Shown here: piece after piece, positions 24,783 through 27,795 of the stretch
Numbering within the stretch: position 1 is the stretch's first letter
How the letters are laid out: every line of letters starts with the position of its first letter
Origin: a virus
Taxonomy: Duplodnaviria; Caudoviricetes
Direction: 5' to 3' (one strand)
Length of the DNA stretch: 27,795 nt
IMG/VR virus record: IMGVR_UViG_3300044477_000133
Coordinates: 1 to 27,795 of that record
Notes under the pieces: generated by a model
What the model saw: only the letters and a program-made list of their open reading frames with translations
Told to the model about the DNA's origin: nothing
Database searches by the model: none
Program-made: the position numbers and the translations under genes

Positions 24783-25687
24783 TTTGCCTCGCTTTCTGAC
24801 AGGCCACCCACAACCAGATCCCAAACCGCCTCAGCTTCTTTGAGCATCTTTTCCGCTTCGGAAGCGGCGTCAGCTAGGAGCTTGCTCCGCTCTGGGTGTT
24901 TCTTGTCCTTCGGTAGGTCAGCAAGCGAAACGAGGCATTGGACCGGCTTTTCCGGGGCCACAATGCCCACTGTTTGCTTTCGGTCGCGCTCACTTCGAAG
25001 GAGCTCTAGGCCTGCCTTGGTGAGCGGGGTAACTGCCCAGGCTCTCCCTTTGAGGCCGTGACTCAACTCGTCCCCTTCGTCTCCGTAAGCCGCCTCAATG
25101 ACCTCCCGATGCTCGGTCGGCATAAGTGAAAGCATCCGTGAAACGTGCGCAAACCTGACAAGCGTCTCGTCCGGTACCGCGCTACGGGTGCCCTCTTTGT
25201 CGTTTGATGACCACTCGCCGGAGTCGATCATCTTCTGCTCTTCGGGTGTCAAAAATACCGGTTCAACCGCTGTTCCTTTGCACTTTGGGCACCATTTGCC
25301 GAGTTGAACTGTGATAGTTCGCGCCGGGTCTTTCGGGTCCGGACAGGTAAAAGGTTCGTCAACGATGCCTTGCCCGTCGCACTTCCGACACTTCCGTGAG
25401 GTACATGATTCGAGTTCGAGCTTGTCCAGGATCGCCCCGATCGTTGACCGCTCGAACATTGAGATCCCTTTTGACAGGTACCATGTAAGCTCGCTTTGTT
25501 CCTTCATTGCGGGCCACCTTTGCTTGACTGTCCGTCGTCCATGCGTCACCTTTCCTTCGCACGGTCCGCATTGACGCCCACTCTCTGGCTGACCACTACC
25601 GCTCAAGATTAACAGTCTTGGGCGGTTTTTTCTGTTAGACATTAACAAGCGCGCCAATTGATTGCTTTTCTCTGGCTCTACGCTCAA
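24779..25687 (-). CDS. Zn-finger protein, candidate late transcription regulator (Q-antiterminator/sigma region 4-like); start uncertain, possibly 25507
   Basis: CRKCDGQG...CPKCKGT DnaJ-type Zn motif as in lambda Q, and LSLMPTEHREVIEAAYG resembling sigma region 4. Located just before the late operon. AAGGTG RBS precedes ATG 25507. Confidence 0.55.
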   Translation of the reverse strand: MSVEPEKSNQLARLLMSNRKNRPRLLILSGSGQPESGRQCGPCEGKVTHGRRTVKQRWPAMKEQSELTWYLSKGISMFERSTIGAILDKLELESCTSRKCRKCDGQGIVDEPFTCPDPKDPARTITVQLGKWCPKCKGTAVEPVFLTPEEQKMIDSGEWSSNDKEGTRSAVPDETLVRFAHVSRMLSLMPTEHREVIEAAYGDEGDELSHGLKGRAWAVTPLTKAGLELLRSERDRKQTVGIVAPEKPVQCLVSLADLPKDKKHPERSKLLADAASEAEKMLKEAEAVWDLVVGGLSESEAK

Positions 25688-27188
25688 CCATGGCGCATGA
25701 ACGGCAAAGAATTTGTTTTCTATACTTTCCTTTGTTGCATATGCGCTTCCCGCATTTACAAAACACGTCTGGTTTTCTCCTTGAAATCCCTAGGCACTTC
25801 TGACATTTGGATGAATATAAGTATATTGGCTTTCCGCATGAGCAAACCTTTATCGGGTGTCTTCTTAGTTCTCCACTTTTTTTGCGCGAGCAAAGCCAGC
25901 ACATTTTTGCACCATTAAGATGCGCTTTCCTGTTTAGCCTGGCACCACAAGCGCAAAAAAGAACGCGATTTATTGAAACTTCCGCAAGATGACCGCTTAC
26001 CTCCTCCGGCGGTTCCCCAACCCAAAACTCATACCAACAATTCTGGCAAACGCGGCACCCGAGCGGCATCGAAGATCCGCAGTCTCCGCAAACCTTCTCT
26101 TTCGCCTGACCTGGCTTCCGCGTCTTCGGCTGCGCCTTGGTTAGCGACTGAACAATGTCGGACCCTGGCAACGGGTGCATGAGCGCGTTTCCTGCATGGT
26201 CGAGAATAATAGGCTCAACGTCGCCTTTCCGCATGACGCGGCCGCACATCTGGAACCAGAGTGCTAGCGACATCGTTGGACGGGCAATGATTGCACAACG
26301 CGTCTCCGGGCAGTCCCACCCCTCGGTTAGTACCATGCAGTTCACGACTATTTTGGTTTCACCGGAAGCAAGTCTCGTTAGCATCACAGAGCGAAGCTCA
26401 TCCTTCGTCTCTCCCGTCAGAAGCTCAGCTTTTATCCCGGCCGACTTGAACGCGTCACGGATCTGCTGCCCGTGTTTGACGCTGACCGCGTAGCAAACAG
26501 TCGGGCGATTCTCAGCGAGTCGTTTCCAATGGTCGACGATGTTTCCGACTAGGTTTTTTCGCCGCGAAACCTTGTCCAGTTCACCGATATTAAAGTCGCC
26601 TCCGGATATCTTGACGCCGGACAGGTCAGGGCGTTCGTCTACCGGTACGGTCCAGACCCTAGGGCGGCTCAACCAACCAGCTTCGATAAGCTCCGAGGCT
26701 TTGGCGGATTCGACGATCTCCTCAAACAGGTCACCAAGCGGTTTGCCATCTAAACGATATGGCGTAGCGGTGAGACCAAAAACCAACGCCTCAGGATAGG
26801 CTTCGAGAATCTTGCGATACGACCTAGCGGCAGCGTGATGCGCCTCGTCGATAAACACAAGATCGGCACACGGAAACTCGCGACGAACAAGTGTTTGAAC
26901 GCTAGCAACCTGGACCGGTGCGCAACGGTTCTCTTTGTCGTTTGCCCGGATCGTTCCGATTGATGCACCTGGCACACCGTGATCAATGAGGCGCTGCTTT
27001 GCCTGGTTTATCAGCTCGACACGGTGAGCGATAAACAGAACCTTACCGTGTCTTTGGATTGCATCGCGTATCAGCTGTACCGCGACCACGGTTTTTCCGC
27101 TCCCGGTTGGGCCAACGATGAGAATGCGTGACTTCCTGGATGCCTTTATCCTCGAAATCCAGTCAAGCTCGTAATTGCGAAGTTCCAT
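25635..27188 (-). CDS. Superfamily 2 DEAH-box helicase (ResIII/RadD-like) with C-terminal Zn ribbons
   Basis: GPTGSGKT, AHRVELINQ, DEAHH, LTATP, LTEGWD, QMCGRVMR, ILDHAGN, then CxxC clusters. Confidence 0.95.
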   Translation of the reverse strand: MELRNYELDWISRIKASRKSRILIVGPTGSGKTVVAVQLIRDAIQRHGKVLFIAHRVELINQAKQRLIDHGVPGASIGTIRANDKENRCAPVQVASVQTLVRREFPCADLVFIDEAHHAAARSYRKILEAYPEALVFGLTATPYRLDGKPLGDLFEEIVESAKASELIEAGWLSRPRVWTVPVDERPDLSGVKISGGDFNIGELDKVSRRKNLVGNIVDHWKRLAENRPTVCYAVSVKHGQQIRDAFKSAGIKAELLTGETKDELRSVMLTRLASGETKIVVNCMVLTEGWDCPETRCAIIARPTMSLALWFQMCGRVMRKGDVEPIILDHAGNALMHPLPGSDIVQSLTKAQPKTRKPGQAKEKVCGDCGSSMPLGCRVCQNCWYEFWVGEPPEEVSGHLAEVSINRVLFCACGARLNRKAHLNGAKMCWLCSRKKSGELRRHPIKVCSCGKPIYLYSSKCQKCLGISRRKPDVFCKCGKRICNKGKYRKQILCRSCAMVERRAREKQSIGALVNV

Positions 27189-27194
27189 AAAACT

Positions 27195-27659
27195 CTAATT
27201 CCACCAAGGCGCCACAACCCTCGTCCCCACCGGAAACGCGTTATAAATCCCAAACTCCGTGAATCCAGGACCGTCGCCGTCGTCAGGCTGAATCCGGTCT
27301 ATTCGCGCTGGATAAATCAAAACAGAGTCGCCGATTGGGATATCAATAGTCTTCCACTTGCCGACGAGTCTACCGCTAATTTCTAAACTCACAACAATCT
27401 CACCAATGCGCTTCGGTTGCTCACCGAATGCGCGGATACCGTCGAGTTCGTGTATTATCTTTGCATTCGCATAAACCACAGAGCGATCGGTTTTCTTGCG
27501 CTCTATAGCCCACTGCTCTCTCGATTGCTCAAGCTCGAAATGCGCCTCCGATTCTGAATCGTACCGGTTCGCTTTTTCTGGTTTAGTTGTTAGACTAAAT
27601 CGACGAATCGGACCGTATTTCAGGTATAAACCAGGTTCCAGCTCAACGATGTATTTCAT
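27195..27659 (-). CDS. Hypothetical protein
   Basis: 154 aa ORF with a GGAGGAG RBS; ends 6 nt before the helicase start. Confidence 0.7.
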   Translation of the reverse strand: MKYIVELEPGLYLKYGPIRRFSLTTKPEKANRYDSESEAHFELEQSREQWAIERKKTDRSVVYANAKIIHELDGIRAFGEQPKRIGEIVVSLEISGRLVGKWKTIDIPIGDSVLIYPARIDRIQPDDGDGPGFTEFGIYNAFPVGTRVVAPWWN

Positions 27660-27662
27660 CGA

Positions 27663-27794
27663 TCACTCCTCCACAGCCACAAGCTTGTACGTTTTCGATT
27701 TGTCGAGGAGCGATGGCCTAATTGACCATTGCCACGCTTCGCCTCCGTGTATTATTGTTCCAACAGTAACCCGAACCTTTTTCACCCCAACCAT
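27663..27794 (-). CDS. Hypothetical protein, probably 5'-partial
   Basis: Open frame from the window edge: MVGVKKVRVTVGTIIHGGEAWQWSIRPSLLDKSKTYKLVAVEE, stop 3 nt before the next start. Confidence 0.5.
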   Translation of the reverse strand: MVGVKKVRVTVGTIIHGGEAWQWSIRPSLLDKSKTYKLVAVEE

Positions 27795-27795
27795 C

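Noticed and set aside
633-26799. Numerous plus-strand ORFs of 60-190 aa in the ORF track
   Set aside because: They lie antisense to well-supported minus-strand genes and have Ser/Arg/Pro-rich shadow composition, as expected in GC-rich DNA.
1-27795. Stop-codon reassignment or CRISPR array
   Set aside because: Core genes are full length in the standard code and TAA, TAG and TGA all serve as stops. No regularly spaced repeat-spacer array was noticed.

Overview
This window is an almost complete late (virion morphogenesis) operon of a tailed phage or prophage with a contractile, Mu/P2-like tail, encoded entirely on the minus strand. Read right to left it contains two small hypothetical genes, an SF2 DEAH helicase with Cys-rich extensions, a Zn-finger Q/sigma-like late regulator candidate, a small HTH-like gene and an initiator-like tRNA(CAU). 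These are followed by terS, terL, portal, a gpF-like head morphogenesis protein, scaffold, major capsid protein, a decoration-like protein, neck genes, sheath, tube, a tail chaperone with a -1 frameshift site, tape measure, Mu-like baseplate genes and two fibre/receptor-binding candidates. The operon ends head-on against a plus-strand Cys-rich gene whose motif resembles myxobacterial secreted proteins. No integrase, lysis gene, prohead protease, CRISPR array or reverse transcriptase is visible. All product calls rest on motifs read by eye plus synteny; no database search was run. The most interesting signals are a frameshift giving a product shorter than the unshifted one, a non-canonical initiator-like tRNA in a structured leader, an unusual spike-tip gene pair including a Pro/Leu/Asp repeat protein, and several structured intergenic leaders.
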